Origin: Octopus vulgaris
Lineage: Eukaryota
Direction of reading: 5' to 3'
Length of the DNA: 64,000 bases
NCBI GenBank assembly: GCA_951406725.2
Contig: OX597828.1
Coordinates: 34,906,001-34,970,000 of the forward strand
A program made the position numbers and the translations under genes. The notes under the pieces are model-generated. The model saw only the letters and a program-made list of their open reading frames with translations. It had not been told where the DNA came from and searched no databases. This document shows, piece after piece, positions 12,151 through 25,329 of the stretch (the first letter of the stretch is position 1; every line of letters starts with the position of its first letter).

Positions 12151-13321
12151 TAAGTATTTTTTGCCTCTGGGCACTTTTGATTCCTTCTTTACACAACTGG
12201 GTCCTCATACCCATTCAATGTTTTAAAAAAGCCTTTTATGTTTTCATACTTAAATATTGTAAAAACTGAAATAAGAAATTGTTATAGGAACCATAACCCA
12301 TTTATTGCGCATAAGCTTTAACAGTAAAATCTTATATGGAATCCAAGGGCCATGTGGATTCCTCAGTGTTATATCGACCCCGGTTGAGATCCTCTGGTTT
12401 AACGCAAAACCAGTCTTAATTGAGCAGATCTATGATCAAAGGCGTTCTATTCCTTCTCTTATTATTTGTTGCAGTCCAAGTTAATATTATTTGAACAAAT
12501 CTCTGATCAAAGAGATTCCAGTCGTGAGCATCCCGTCGGTTTTTCGATGCCTTGAGCTTCATTGTCTAATGTATCGTGTATTTCCGCTTTCAAGCCAATG
12601 GTGTGTGATCTGAGAGGAATTTGTTGCAGCAAATCGAGCGACCGTGTTGGCTACTGATAAAAGTGCCCGTCGTTGCGATGACGGTGCTGCTGGCGTAATA
12701 TATTTAATTCCTTTCTGTGTTTCATACAAACAAAATCACTCATCAGGTTTTCAATACTCCCACTGCTTGTAAGTGAAAAATGCTTTTTTTAATTGAGGTT
12801 CTGTTAGTAAAGATTGCCAATAGTTGTAAAACAGATTTTTTTCATTATGTAAAAGTTGTTCTCTATCAAGTCTGATACGGTTAATCACAGAGCAAAGTAC
12901 TAGCAAAAGACTATTTGGGTTTTTTAATGTTTGAATTTTACTTTTGATTCTTTTTTTCCACCTGTGATCTCAGCTGCTTTGATAATCGTTTGAAGTTCTA
13001 TTCAGGGAAAAAAATAACAGTGTTGAAAATAAAAATGCTTTTTCGTCATTTAAAAATTCCTTGAAATTGTTAGCAGTCTTGTCTGAGATCGTTAATCACA
13101 GACAAATCCAAAATTCGTGTCAACTTTTGAAAGCCCATTTTCGGTTTTTGCTATTTTGCTGTCAAGATTTTTGTTTGATTCCAAAATAATTTTCACCGCA
13201 TCAGCTTTTGGTCTGACATTGCCTGGAGATAAATTTCTACGTCGGCATTCGTAGTCCTCCAACTCTTCATAACACGCACAAATAGAAAAAAAAAATCCCC
13301 CTAACACCAAACAACTCTTGC

Positions 13322-13381
<60 letters not shown>

Positions 13382-14939
13382 GCTACAGCTATAATATTCC
13401 CTTCACTTCACACCAGTGCTTAGCTTAAACATATTCTACCAGTTCTGAATGTTTAATACAATATCTGTTTTCTTTTTTTTTTTCATTTTTATCGTGTGTG
13501 TACTTTGCTTTTTTTTATCCTGATTGTCTTTTCTTTCTCTTCGTTTTTTTTTCTATATTCTCATTTTCAATTATTTATTGATAATCAATAAATAGATAGT
13601 GCTTGGTCGAGCTAAAATTATGTCTATTCTGTATTCATAGCAGTATTTACCTAGGTAGTTAGTTAGTTAGTTATATCGTGACGTGTGCCGCTGTGAGGGA
13701 GAAGACTGACTATAAAGTTATCGTTTTATAGCATCAATATTATTAATTTTATTACAGTCAACGTTCGCAGAGTGATCACCAAAATCTATTTTGGTTCGAT
13801 GCCTTCCATCATAACTGATGACCTAAATATGTAAACTAATAAACTTTTCTAAAATTTGCTAATTAAATAAAACATTATTTTGATAATTAGATAAAACAAA
13901 AACGGCAACAAATTTGGGGCAATGAAGGACGCTTTCTCAACCTTGCAAGAAATAATAGCCAGTTCTTCCTCAAATGCATTAAAAAAATAGGTAACGATTA
14001 TCTTCATATATACTAAAGCAAATTGGATTATGTAAAGCTAGCCTGGTGAGAAGAATAGAAAACAACAACAACAACAACAACAATTAAGGGTAAATAAAAC
14101 CAAGATGGACCTTCTATGGGGTACTCCCCAATCTGCTAGAAACAGCAGCTAAGACAAGAAACAGATCTCATCTTAGTAGCTAAGAAAAAGACACACTGAA
14201 GAATGCGATGTTGGATTCCCTGAAAAGAAAAGATAAGATATTCACATCTGGCATGCCTTTGATCACAGATCTACTCAACCAGGGCTAACCTGGGGACATA
14301 CAACAAGAGAAACAACAGCAGCAACATTGCATCGACCTTTATATCCTACGATATTTAGTTATGAGATTTCACGTTCTGAATTAAGCTCCGAACTAAGTTC
14401 AAATTCTCTATTTTAATTCTTCCAAAAGGAATCGAGAAAATATCAGTCCACAGCGCCCCCTAACCAAACTGTTGAACTGAGTCGGTGTAGTTTCACCTGT
14501 TTGTCTGCAACGAGAAACGTCCTCCATGAAGAAATACAATGAATAGTTGTGTTACGCGTTCGAATATGCCTCAAGCATCTTTTAACTGGTAACAAGTCTG
14601 TATTTATACACATCGCCGCTTAAAGCTGTCATCCCGTATTTTTGTTCCTTACGGTGAGCCGCGTAATAGCGCAACAAGTCATTGAATGATGACGGGAATA
14701 TCAAAAGGGCGACCTGCTTCTCTTGTCAATTCGCAGCGTCTGCTTTTCCGGTCTCTGGTGCTGAGGAGGAAATAACCACTCCGAAATACATGCATTCAGC
14801 AGTCTGGTAGCTGTGGACTGATTCCACGCATTTACCCCTTTTTTGTCAACAGCAAGAGATTCTCTTCACGACGAAATACTGTGAATTGCTTTCTTACGTG
14901 TTGCAGTGTGTCTGAAATATATTTGAACCAGTAGCAAGT

Positions 14940-16177
14940 TTGCATTCATGCATACATACATGCATGTATGTAAGTATGTATGTATGTATGTATGTATGTA
15001 TGTATGTATGTGTGTATGTATGTATGTATGTATGTATGTATGTATGTATGTATGTATGTATGTATGTATGTGTGTGTATGTATGTATGTATGTATGTATG
15101 TATGTATGTATGTATGTGTGTATGTATGTATGTATGTATGTATGTATGTATGTGTGTGTATGTATGTATGTATGTATGTATGTGTGTGTATGTATGTATG
15201 TATGTATGTATGTATGTGTGTATGTGTGTGTATGTATGTATGTATGTATGTATGTATGTATGTATGTATGTATGTATGTATGTGTGTATGTATGTATGTA
15301 TGTATGTATGTATGTATGTATGTATGTATGTATGTATGTATGTGTGTGATGTATGTATGTATGTATGTATGTATGTATGTATGTATGTGTGTATGTATGT
15401 ATGTATGTATGTATGTATGTGTGTATGTATGTATGTATGTATGTATGTATGTATGTATGTATGTATGTATGTATGTGTGTGTGTGTATGTATGTATGTAT
15501 GTATGTATGTATGTATGTATGTATGTGTGTATGTATGTATGTATGTATGTATGTAAGTATGTATGTATGTATGTATGTATGTATGTATGTATGTATGTAT
15601 GTGTGTGTATGTATGTATGTATGTATGTATGTATGTGTGTGTATGTATGTATGTATGTATGTATGTATGGATGTATGTATGTGTGTGTATGTATGTATGT
15701 ATGTATGTATGTGTGTGTATGTATGTATGTATGTATGTATGTATGTATGTATGTATGTATGTATGTGTGTGTATGCATGTATGTATGTATGTATGTATGT
15801 GTGTGTATGTATGTATGTATGTATGTATGTGTGTGTATGTATGTATGTATGTATGTATGTATGTGTGTGTATGTATGTATGTATGTATGTATGTATGTGT
15901 GTGTATGTGTGTGTGTATGTATGTATGTATGTATGTGTGTGTGTATGTATGTATGTATGTATGTATGTATGTGTGTGTATGTATGTATGTATGTATGTAT
16001 GTATGTATGTATGTATGTGTGTGTGCATGTATGTATGTATGTATGTATGTATGTATGTATGTGTGTGTGTATGTATGTATGTATGTATGTATGTATGTAT
16101 GTATGTGTGTGTATGTATGTATGTATGTATGTATGTATGTATGTATGTATGTATGTATATGTGTGTGTATGTATGTG
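14940..16177. repeat. About 1.2-kb (TATG)n array interrupted by TG dinucleotides
   Basis: Directly visible; produces the 400+ aa HTYI/MYVC pseudo-ORFs. Confidence 0.98.
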
Positions 16178-16179
16178 TT

Positions 16180-16365
16180 CTCCAATTGTTTGGCACCTAG
16201 TATTGGATTGTCTACGTCCCTGTCATACAGTGGTTCGGCAAAAGTGATCGATAGTGGCACACTTGAAAACATTATAACTGGGGTCGATCTGTTCAGTTAA
16301 AACCCTTTAACGTGGTGCTCCAATATGGTCGCAATCCAATGGTTGAAACAAATGATAAAAGATAA
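16180..16365 (+). mobile_element. Degenerate SINE family B, 3' half
   Basis: tacgtccctgtcatacagtggttcggcaaaag...ctggggtcgatctgttc...gtggtgctccaatatggtcgca. Confidence 0.7.
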
Positions 16366-16477
16366 AAAAAAAAAAGAAAAAATACAAGAAAATAAAAATA
16401 AAATTAGCATGCGTTACGTATTGTTTTGTATTGTGAATTTTATAATGTATTTTGTTGTTGTTTGTTCCTTCTCCCCC

Positions 16478-16760
16478 ATCCCTGGTTCATTAGGGCCAGT
16501 TTCCCGGTTTCTTTGGCGTATAGGTTCCCCATCTGGACGAGACGCCGGTCCGTCGCAGGTGAGATGCAAGATGCAAGAGAAAAGAGTGAGAGCAAATTCT
16601 GGCGAGAGAGTCAGCAGAAGTTCGCCATTACCTTCTGCCGGAGCCGCTTGGAGCTTAGGTGTTTCGTTCATAAACACACACATCACCCGGTCTGAGATTC
16701 GAACCCGCGATCCCTCGGCCGCGAGTCCACTGCTCTAACCACTAGGCCATGTGCCTCCAC
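16478..16760 (-). mobile_element. SINE family C variant (tRNA-Arg-like head, alternative tail; Octopus OR-like)
   Basis: Minus strand gtggaggcacatggcctagtggttagagcagtggactcgcgg...gggttcgaatctc; head shared with 28150-28530, tail differs. Confidence 0.8.
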
Positions 16761-16955
16761 ATAATTTTAATTTAGTTTGTCAAAATTGGCGCAGAATCAG
16801 ATTTTGATTAAAAAAAGAGTCTGAAAGCAAAAGCAACGAGGAAAAGAAAAGAAAAGAAAAGAAATTGATGGTTTCCGTCCAGTGAGATAATATAACGTGA
16901 TATCTGGCTTGCTATTTGATACACGCACGCACATTTTATATTCATGTATTTATAC

Positions 16956-17046
<91 letters not shown>

Positions 17047-17479
17047 AGAGTGAGAGATCTAGTGTTGCACATGTTTTTCTGTATAACGATATCGTATTGG
17101 CTTGTGTTTTTTTTGTCTCTCTGTCTAATCCGTATAATGAGATGGCAAAAAGGATACACCACTCTAATACGTCAAGTTGTTAGTTTGTGTATTTGTGTAT
17201 GTAAATAGCAGAATGGTGTTTAGTTCAGACTTGTGAGAGAAACGTGAGGAGTTGGTTATGATATGTGAGCTGATAATATATTTAAATGGTCGAATACGTT
17301 TATCAGTATATATGTATAGGTGTGTGTATATGTGCCTATGTGCGTTTGCTTGTGTGTACGTGTGTGTATGTTCGTGTGCGTGTATGTGTTCACAATAAAG
17401 AGAAATAAATGTGTAAAGTATGTTACATATATATATATATGTATATATACACAGATAGAATATATATTTACCTTTTATC

Positions 17480-17790
17480 TTTCTTATACTTGTTTCAGTC
17501 ATTAGACTGCGGCTATGCTGGGGCAGCACCTTGATGAATTTGTCCTTATTTGTCCCCTCTGTGTTTAGCCCCTTGTGGGTAATAAAGAAATAGGCATTTC
17601 GCCTGTGTTTCCATTTTATATAGCCCCTTGTGGGTAGTAAAGAAATAGGTATTTCGTCTGCCTTTCATCCTTTCGGGGTCGATAAATTAAGTATCAGTTA
17701 CGCACTGGGGCCAATCTAATTGACTTAATCCCTTTGTCTATCCGTTTTGTCCTCTCTATGTTTAACCCCTTGTGGGCAATAAAAAAAATT
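17480..17790. mobile_element. SINE B tail (minus) joined to rearranged SINE A spacer/core units (plus)
   Basis: tacttgtttcagtcattagactgcggc...; tagccccttgtggg(t/c)a(a/g)taaa recurs three times. Confidence 0.75.
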
Positions 17791-19100
17791 TTAAATAAGA
17801 AGTATTAACCGAATTTGCAACAGTGTCTTATTGGGTAACGCAGTCTTGGATATAATGTGTCTGAAAATAGGTTGCAAGGGTCATAATTAGATCGCTTTGA
17901 TCATAGGTCTCTATTTGATCAAAGTTAACCGAGTGCTTAATAATACCAACAACAACAGCTACACCAACAAAACCAATGTCTAGAACTTCAAGTAACATTT
18001 AATTTTTTCTTGTCAATGTGATCGAAATCACTCTGAAATATTTATTAAATAAACAAGTAATAAATTCAATGAAAATGTCGATTTATCGTCTTTCTCTCAA
18101 TATGACTTTGTAAAACATGGCAGAAGATTAAAGAAGAAAAATTGACTTCACTTTCAGGTAAAATCCATGAGACAAGTTACACACTACTATAGATACGCAT
18201 GCGCTTTCAACTATGTGATTACGTTAACAACATACGCAACCGTATCTTATTAATTCTTCTAAAATAAATCTATCATTTGATTAGATTTGAAATTTTAATC
18301 TTAAATTTTATTCTGAATCTCTCGTTGCCTCTTATTTACTCTTTCAATCTCTCTCTCCCTCTTTCACCATCTCTTTTTCTTTTCTGATTGCTATATTATT
18401 TGGTGCAATTACTGCGCAGACTCCAACTAAATTTGCCGCCATGTTAGTCTGTCTGAGAAAAATAGCCATTTTCCAATTGAAAGCTTCCCAATATCTGTGA
18501 TCAATATATTTCTTCTACCAATTTACTTTGCTTATTAACAAACTCTTTTTTTGGTGTTTTGTCTGTAAATACATAGAATATTGCAGCGATATCTCTTTTG
18601 GTACTTTTCATTTTCATCCATCTATTTATATATTAAAAATATCGCCTGTTTCTTTAGGCATTTCAATAATAAAGATCTGAAAATATCTTAATGGTATTTT
18701 GCTTTTGTTTGTTTGTTTGTTTGTTTGTTTTCATTCTATGACTTGTGGAACGGAAACGAAATATGTGTTCGGAATAAGTTTATCTCAAAGAAGGAACATA
18801 GCGTCCGAGAGAAAGAGCCTGTGTAAACGAACAAGAGAAATAGCGGATGGAGAAAGAGTAGAGATAAAGAGGGGGAGAAAAGAACTGTGTTAGAGAGAGA
18901 AAAAAGGCAAAGAGGGAAGAAAAACAGAAAGAGAGGTTGTAAAGCAGACGGACATACAAACGTCAAGGAAGAATTGCTATTTCGGTGGCTTTTATTACTT
19001 TTATTGGTCAGCCCTGGTTAAGTGTTGACCGATGGAAAGTGTTCCAGTCTATTATGACGTTTTCAGGCATCGTGTACCTCGGTCCTTCGAGAAAACAGAA

Positions 19101-19162
<62 letters not shown>

Positions 19163-19367
19163 AGGGTAATATTTGTTTCTTCGTAAAAGTGGCTGTTGTG
19201 TTAGAACCAGAATACTGCTTTATTTACCACGAGAAAACCTCGCATATAGACGTGTGGTAAATATAAGCACTCGTATTTATATCGCTAGTGGGAGAACATC
19301 GTCCGCTACCGTTCCCTCTAGCCATAAAAACACGAATATTCTAACACAGCATCCACTTTTATATGGG

Positions 19368-19419
<52 letters not shown>

Positions 19420-19525
19420 TATAAACTTAAAATAAGGGTGAAAACTTGAATATTAATTTGCTTAGTATCAATTTAAAACTAGTGGTCTAGCATATTAAAA
19501 TCTGAAGATTCATAAAAATTATATT

Positions 19526-19678
19526 ACATACATATAAGTGAGATGACCACTACGTGGACATCCATTATGCTAGAAGTAGATCCGCTATGGTCTTACCACT
19601 AAAAAAGGAAGACCATAGCGGATCTGCTTCTAGCATAATGGATGTCCACGTAGTGGGTCATCACTCTTATATGTATGT
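19526..19678. repeat. Near-perfect hairpin with arms of about 69 bp and a 14-nt loop
   Basis: ...ccactacgtggacatccattatgctagaagtagatccgctatggtctt / aagaccatagcggatctgcttctagcataatggatgtccacgtagtgg... Confidence 0.95.
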
Positions 19679-19694
19679 TATGTATATATATAGA

Positions 19695-20000
19695 AGAACA
19701 CTCCGTCGTTTACGACGACGAGGATCCCAGGTGATGCGATCAATGGAACAGCCTGCACGTGCAATTAAAGCGCGAGTGGATGAGTACTCCACAGACTCGT
19801 GCACCCTTAACGTAGTTCTTCAGGGAGGTTCAGCGTGACACAGAATGTGACAAGGTTGGCCGCTTGAAATACAGGTACTGATAATTTTTTTTCCAGCTAA
19901 GTGGACTGGAGCAACGTGAAATAAAGTGTCTTGTTCAAGGAGACAATGCGGCGCCGAGAATTGAACTCACGACGATCGTGAGTCGATTGCCCAAGCCACC
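19695..20000 (-). mobile_element. Degenerate SINE family C
   Basis: Similar to 28150-28530 (cactccgtcg...ggaacagcctg...aacgtagttct...ttcagcgtgacacaga). Confidence 0.75.
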
Positions 20001-20022
20001 TACCTTCACTATATATACATGT

Positions 20023-20076
<54 letters not shown>

Positions 20077-20503
20077 AGGGGCGAATGCTGATACTTAAGC
20101 TAGGGCATAAAGACTTATGACTGAAGCAGAGTACATACCATACGACATTTCTTTTCATCTCTCTTCCATAAATCATTAATCATATATATATATATAAATC
20201 TGAATATTCCTTTTCAGCGATTCTTGCCTTCATCGTTGTCAATCATTGCTTGCTTTGCATTTACACAGGAACCGACACTTATATGTGTTTGTATATATGC
20301 ATATAGGTTTCAGTCCCTGTTCCTGCACAATCACCGTTTTACAAATCTTGTGGTGGTCTTCTTAATTTTCTCCTTACATTGGCCGTTGCTCATTTATTGT
20401 CGACTGTTTTCCTGTGTCACCCGTTACTTTTCACTGATAATTTTGTCTTTCCCTCATTCAGTACCATTTATTTATCCAGGACAACCAGGAAAACCTTAAA
20501 ATT

Positions 20504-20535
<32 letters not shown>

Positions 20536-20713
20536 TGTATGTATGTATGTATGTATGTATGTATGTAGGTGGGTAGGTAGGTATCTTCTATTTTTTAATT
20601 ATTATAAATTTTCCCCTGAGAAGGGAGCCAGATTTCTACATCCTTGGGGATGTAGTCAACACAAATTTACGTTTGGAACTTGAGAAAAGTCTTGCTTATT
20701 TTTATTCTTCCAC

Positions 20714-20916
20714 TCACAGATTGCACTTGTAATGTACGAATTGGCCGGTCGATTTCTCTTTCTGAAAATCCCATGTATCAAGATTCCTCTTTAAGCATTT
20801 AGTAACAAAGCCTAGTGCTGTATGTATGCATGTCTGTATGTATGTATGTACGTATGTACGTATGTATGTATGCACGTATGCACGCATGTATGTACGTATG
20901 TATGTATGCATGTGCG

Positions 20917-20950
<34 letters not shown>

Positions 20951-21720
20951 TGTATGTGTGTGTATGTATGTATGTATGTATGTATGTATGTATGTATGTA
21001 TGTATGTATGTATGTATGTATGTATGTCACTGAAACCTTCTATGGCGACCAAGAGAGTGTTGCTCAGGTGTTGTAGAAGCTTTTGTTGCTTAAAAACCAA
21101 TGAAGTATAGACAGATGTCTCACTCATTTCATTTCTTGATCCGTTTTCTATTCTATGAAGTTCCATGTCAATTGATGCTTGGTAGCGTGAAAAGTCAAAT
21201 TCATGCTCATGAAAAGATGAAAATAAACGAAAACAATCAAGTTGAATGTGAGACGCTCACCATCTGAGAAGATGAGGCAAACATTGTGTATTTTAAGGCG
21301 AAGGCATGGCTGTTTCGTTATGAATTTCTCTTCGAAAACAAACTTCCACATTCGATCCAATGGTGTGGCTTTTTAAGCAAATGCCATGTTCCATAGTCTC
21401 AAGTAGATGCGTATCTTACGAGTAAAATTAGATGAACGGAAACTGTGTAGAATCCGGTCGGGTGGATAGTACCAGTAATTTCATTGTAGAATCTTACCAG
21501 ACTCCCTGTGAGACTGATTCTTCCCGAAAATTACTTTAAGGTTACACATTTCCATTAATGAAGAAGTCCGCTCGCAGCTTTAGTGTCTGCATTTTTTCCG
21601 TATGAATTCATATAAAATATTTCATTCGATTGCTTGAAGTTTTTTTCACTTTTCGTATTTACTAAATACTAACATCGACCAACACAGAAGTTTTCACAGA
21701 TTCTCTTGCTTCACTTGACA
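20714..21720 (-). pseudogene. Possible very old Tc1/mariner-superfamily transposase remnant, interrupted by (TATG)n
   Basis: Collinear weak motifs on the minus strand: YGKNA, LIFSDGE.LTF (cf. IFSDE.TF), LVFKQQ...H (cf. FQQDGAPPH). Confidence 0.3.
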
Positions 21721-22190
21721 TAGCCTAGTTTCGTCTAAACAGCTGGGCTCTTTGGCTCTTTAACTAATGAAAAGTAATATATTAATACAGCAGTGGCTTT
21801 GGTCTTTTAACACCAGAAGCAGAGTTAATAAAACGTCCAAGTTTTTGAATATAAAAGGAACCTGTTTTAATTTCATTTCAACACCAAATGCAATATTAAC
21901 CCTTCATATTATATATGACAACGTGTAATGTCAAAGATCAAAGAATAATAAAGTAAATAAATGCAAGTCCTGTAAAATTTTTAATTGGTCGTCGTTGCAT
22001 CATGATCGGCGTAAAGTTCTGTTTTGTCGCAGACTCACCCAAATAAGAAATAATCTGCGAAGATCTAAATACCTGGAACGATATATTACATGTACGAACA
22101 GTGGACGTGACGTTCATTGATTTCATTTCTGAAATTTATTTTCGAAGAAGGAGCAACGAATACATTTAAGTTGTGTGTGTGTGTGTGAGA

Positions 22191-22232
<42 letters not shown>

Positions 22233-22278
22233 CTCTATGTGTACCCACATGGTTTAAGTAGAATCGGGACAGGTTTTG

Positions 22279-22324
<46 letters not shown>

Positions 22325-22371
22325 TTCTCTCTCTCTCCCTCTCTCTCTATATATATATATATGTTTGTATT

Positions 22372-22412
<41 letters not shown>

Positions 22413-22529
22413 GTATATATATATATGTATATATATATATACATATTATACATATATATATATATATACATATATGTATAATATGTATATATATATATAT
22501 ATGTGTGTGTGTGTACGTATATACGATGG

Positions 22530-22810
22530 CACGTTGCTTTCAGGTTGTGAGTTCGTTTCCCGGAAGCCTGTTTTGTCCTTGAGCAAGGTACTTTATTTCA
22601 TTTTGCTCTAGTCCATTCAGCGGGCAAAAATTAGTTATACCCGTATTTCAAATCGCCCGTCTTTTCACATTTTGAGTCAAGCTGAATCTCCCCGAGAACT
22701 ACATTAAAGGTGTGCGTTTCTCTGAACTTCTCAGCCATTTGCAAGTTAATTCGAGGAACACACAATGACGTGTGTTCCGTTGGTCAACTGGAACACACGT
22801 CATTGTAATC
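22530..22810 (+). mobile_element. Degenerate SINE family C ending in a 17-bp-stem hairpin
   Basis: gctgaatctccccgagaactacattaaagg; acaatgacgtgtgttcc/ggaacacacgtcattgt. Confidence 0.65.
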
Positions 22811-23084
22811 AGTTGCAGGTTTCTGAGATAAATCCGTTATTTTCCTTCTTACTTTTAACCTTTTCCAATGTTATTTGAAATAGCACAAAGGCGATTTTAT
22901 TTAATTTGTAGTGTTCCATGGGTTCTTTTCCTTGTTGCTTTTTCTTCCTCTACGACTTTTATCAATTATTTTCAAATTAGAATAACTTTTGCTTCTCATC
23001 AGGATGGCGAGCCAGATAGAAAAGAGAAAAGCGATCGAATCTATCTGACAACCTAGTACACACACACACACACACATACACACA

Positions 23085-23298
23085 GGTTTCAAATTTTGGC
23101 ACAGGGCCAGCAATTTCTTGGGTGGAGGCAAGTCGATTACATCGACCCCAGCGCTCAACTGGTACTTGTTTTATCGACCCCGAAAAGAATGAAAGGCAAA
23201 GTCAACCGCGGTGGTATTTGAACTCAGAACGTAAAGACAGACAAAATGGTGTTAAACTTTTCGACCTATGGACTACGATTCTGCCAGCTTGCCACCTT
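23085..23298 (-). mobile_element. Degenerate SINE family A
   Basis: aagtcgattacatcgacccca...ttatcgaccccgaaa...gaaaggcaaagtc...tttgaactcagaacgt. Confidence 0.8.
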
Positions 23299-23358
<60 letters not shown>

Positions 23359-23437
23359 TACACACACACACATATATATACATAAATACATATATATGTG
23401 TGTTTGTGTTTGTTTGTTTGTTTGTTTGTGTGTGTGT

Positions 23438-23518
<81 letters not shown>

Positions 23519-23519
23519 G

Positions 23520-24230
23520 GAAAATATTATCTAGATGAATTTTGATTCTATCTAAATCGTTAAATGTTTTCCTTGCAAATAGTTCTCTAGAGACAAAAAC
23601 AAGTGGTAGTCGTGTAATGTCAGGAGAATATGGTGGATAGGTTAAGAGATCCCAGCCAAGTTCTTGTAACTTTGTCCGGGTAACCAAAGACACATGTGGT
23701 CGGGCATTGTCTTGTTGGAACACTACTCCTTTTTTGTTGGCAATCTCCGGCCTTAATTCTTTGAATTTTTTTTTTCAAATTACCCAGCTGACGACAGTAC
23801 ACATCAGAATTAATGATCTGATTTTGTGGGAGAAGCTCATAACAAATAATGTCTTTATGATCCCACCAAATCAAAGAATAACTTTTTTGTCAAAACTCTG
23901 GGATCTTTTTCGCACAACATTTTCGTACAAAATCCATTTTTCATCTCCAGTCACAAGTTGTTGAAAAAAAGACATAGTTTCATTCCATTTCAAAAGCATA
24001 TCACAAACGGAATACCGGCCCAAGCAATTCTTTTCTGAGAGTTTGTGACGGACCCATACATTATGGCGAGAAATGTATCTTAGCTTCATTAAGTGTTCGG
24101 GAGTCGTATTTTTAGAATCTTCAAACTTCTCTGCAAGTTCTCTAGTTATGATATTTGAGTTTTTTTCTCAATTTTTACTTTCAAAACATCTTCATCCAAT
24201 TGGTTTCAGGGAAGGCAATATTTTCTGTAG
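23520..24230 (-). pseudogene. Mariner (DD34D) transposase pseudogene
   Basis: Frameshifted pieces WVRHKLSEK (WVPHEL motif), VTGDEKWILYEN, IWWDHKDIICYELLP.NQ.INSDVYC.QL, FQQDNARPHV, YPPYSPDI, then DYHLF after a small deletion. Confidence 0.93.
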
Positions 24231-24599
24231 TCAATGTATTTCTCCATATAAATCTTAAGATTAGATGAGACGACCACACGCAGTTGTTATGAGGCAATGC
24301 TGTCTACTTAATGTTGACGGTTCACTTAGGCGCTTTGATATTAGCGGTTTAACTTTAGCGGGCGTAATATCTGTAGCTTGACGATAGTGCTTTGAGCTAT
24401 AATCCATTTCTGATGCTTGACTTGGAATTATTCCACATAATACATAAGCATAATGTTCGTAGTAGTAATAACAGCAGATAGATCAATAATACAACGAACA
24501 GAGCATACTTGACTGATGTGAAAACTTGATCCTCAAGAGATTCACAAATCATCGATCATCTTGTACTAAAATCCCATGACTGGATTTGTGTCTGTGTGT

Positions 24600-24662
<63 letters not shown>

Positions 24663-25329
24663 CGTGCGTGCGAGGGTTGGATCGTGTATGTCTTTTAAAT
24701 AGAGATCGAATATTGATAAAATTATCTAATTATTTATTTATTAAAGTTTTTTGACCTTTAGTATATGTGTATGAGCAATATTAATAATATTAAAGAAATA
24801 AAAATCAGCATTTTGTTTGTGGAAGAGAAACATGGTTCCTCTTAACCATTTTCTCTCTTGTTGTCCTTTCACTATATCTCTTTGTTGGTCCTTTGCTGCT
24901 GGTCTTACTGGTCTTATTCCGTCATTTCTAACAATATATTTAAATGTTAACTGCCTGAGTATTTAAAAACACATCATTTGTTCGTTACTGCCGACATAAT
25001 TTTCAGTTATGTTCGCCTGAATAAAATGGTGTTTGCTTTACACATGCAACAAAAATTTGCTATTTATAAGAGAAAATACAGCAAGTTGTCACATTTATGA
25101 ATATTCCAAGAGCATCGTCAAAGTAAATAGAATCGTTTCCATTTGGAAGTAAAACTAGATAACTACTGACATTGATTTTCCCTGGCTTTTACCACATCTT
25201 GGTATCATCACCCAAATAGTATAACTAAGATTAGAAGAAAAAGAATGAAGTAACATAGCAGTAATTCTTGGGAGTTAAAAACTAAAATGGGAAAAATTCC
25301 ATATCTCTGAGCGGCTGTCTTTAGGGTGG

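Noticed and set aside
12750-13310. Minus-strand coiled-coil-like ORF, possible LINE ORF1 remnant
   Set aside because: Resemblance is too weak to call without a profile search
14866-16300. Long ORFs of 245-468 aa (HTYI/MYVC repeats)
   Set aside because: Translations of the (TATG)n array, open on both strands because the repeat lacks stop codons
16680-16760. tRNA-Arg gene calls at SINE C heads (also 28455-28530 and 57770-57845)
   Set aside because: They continue into SINE bodies and lack a proper acceptor stem, so they are SINE heads rather than tRNA genes
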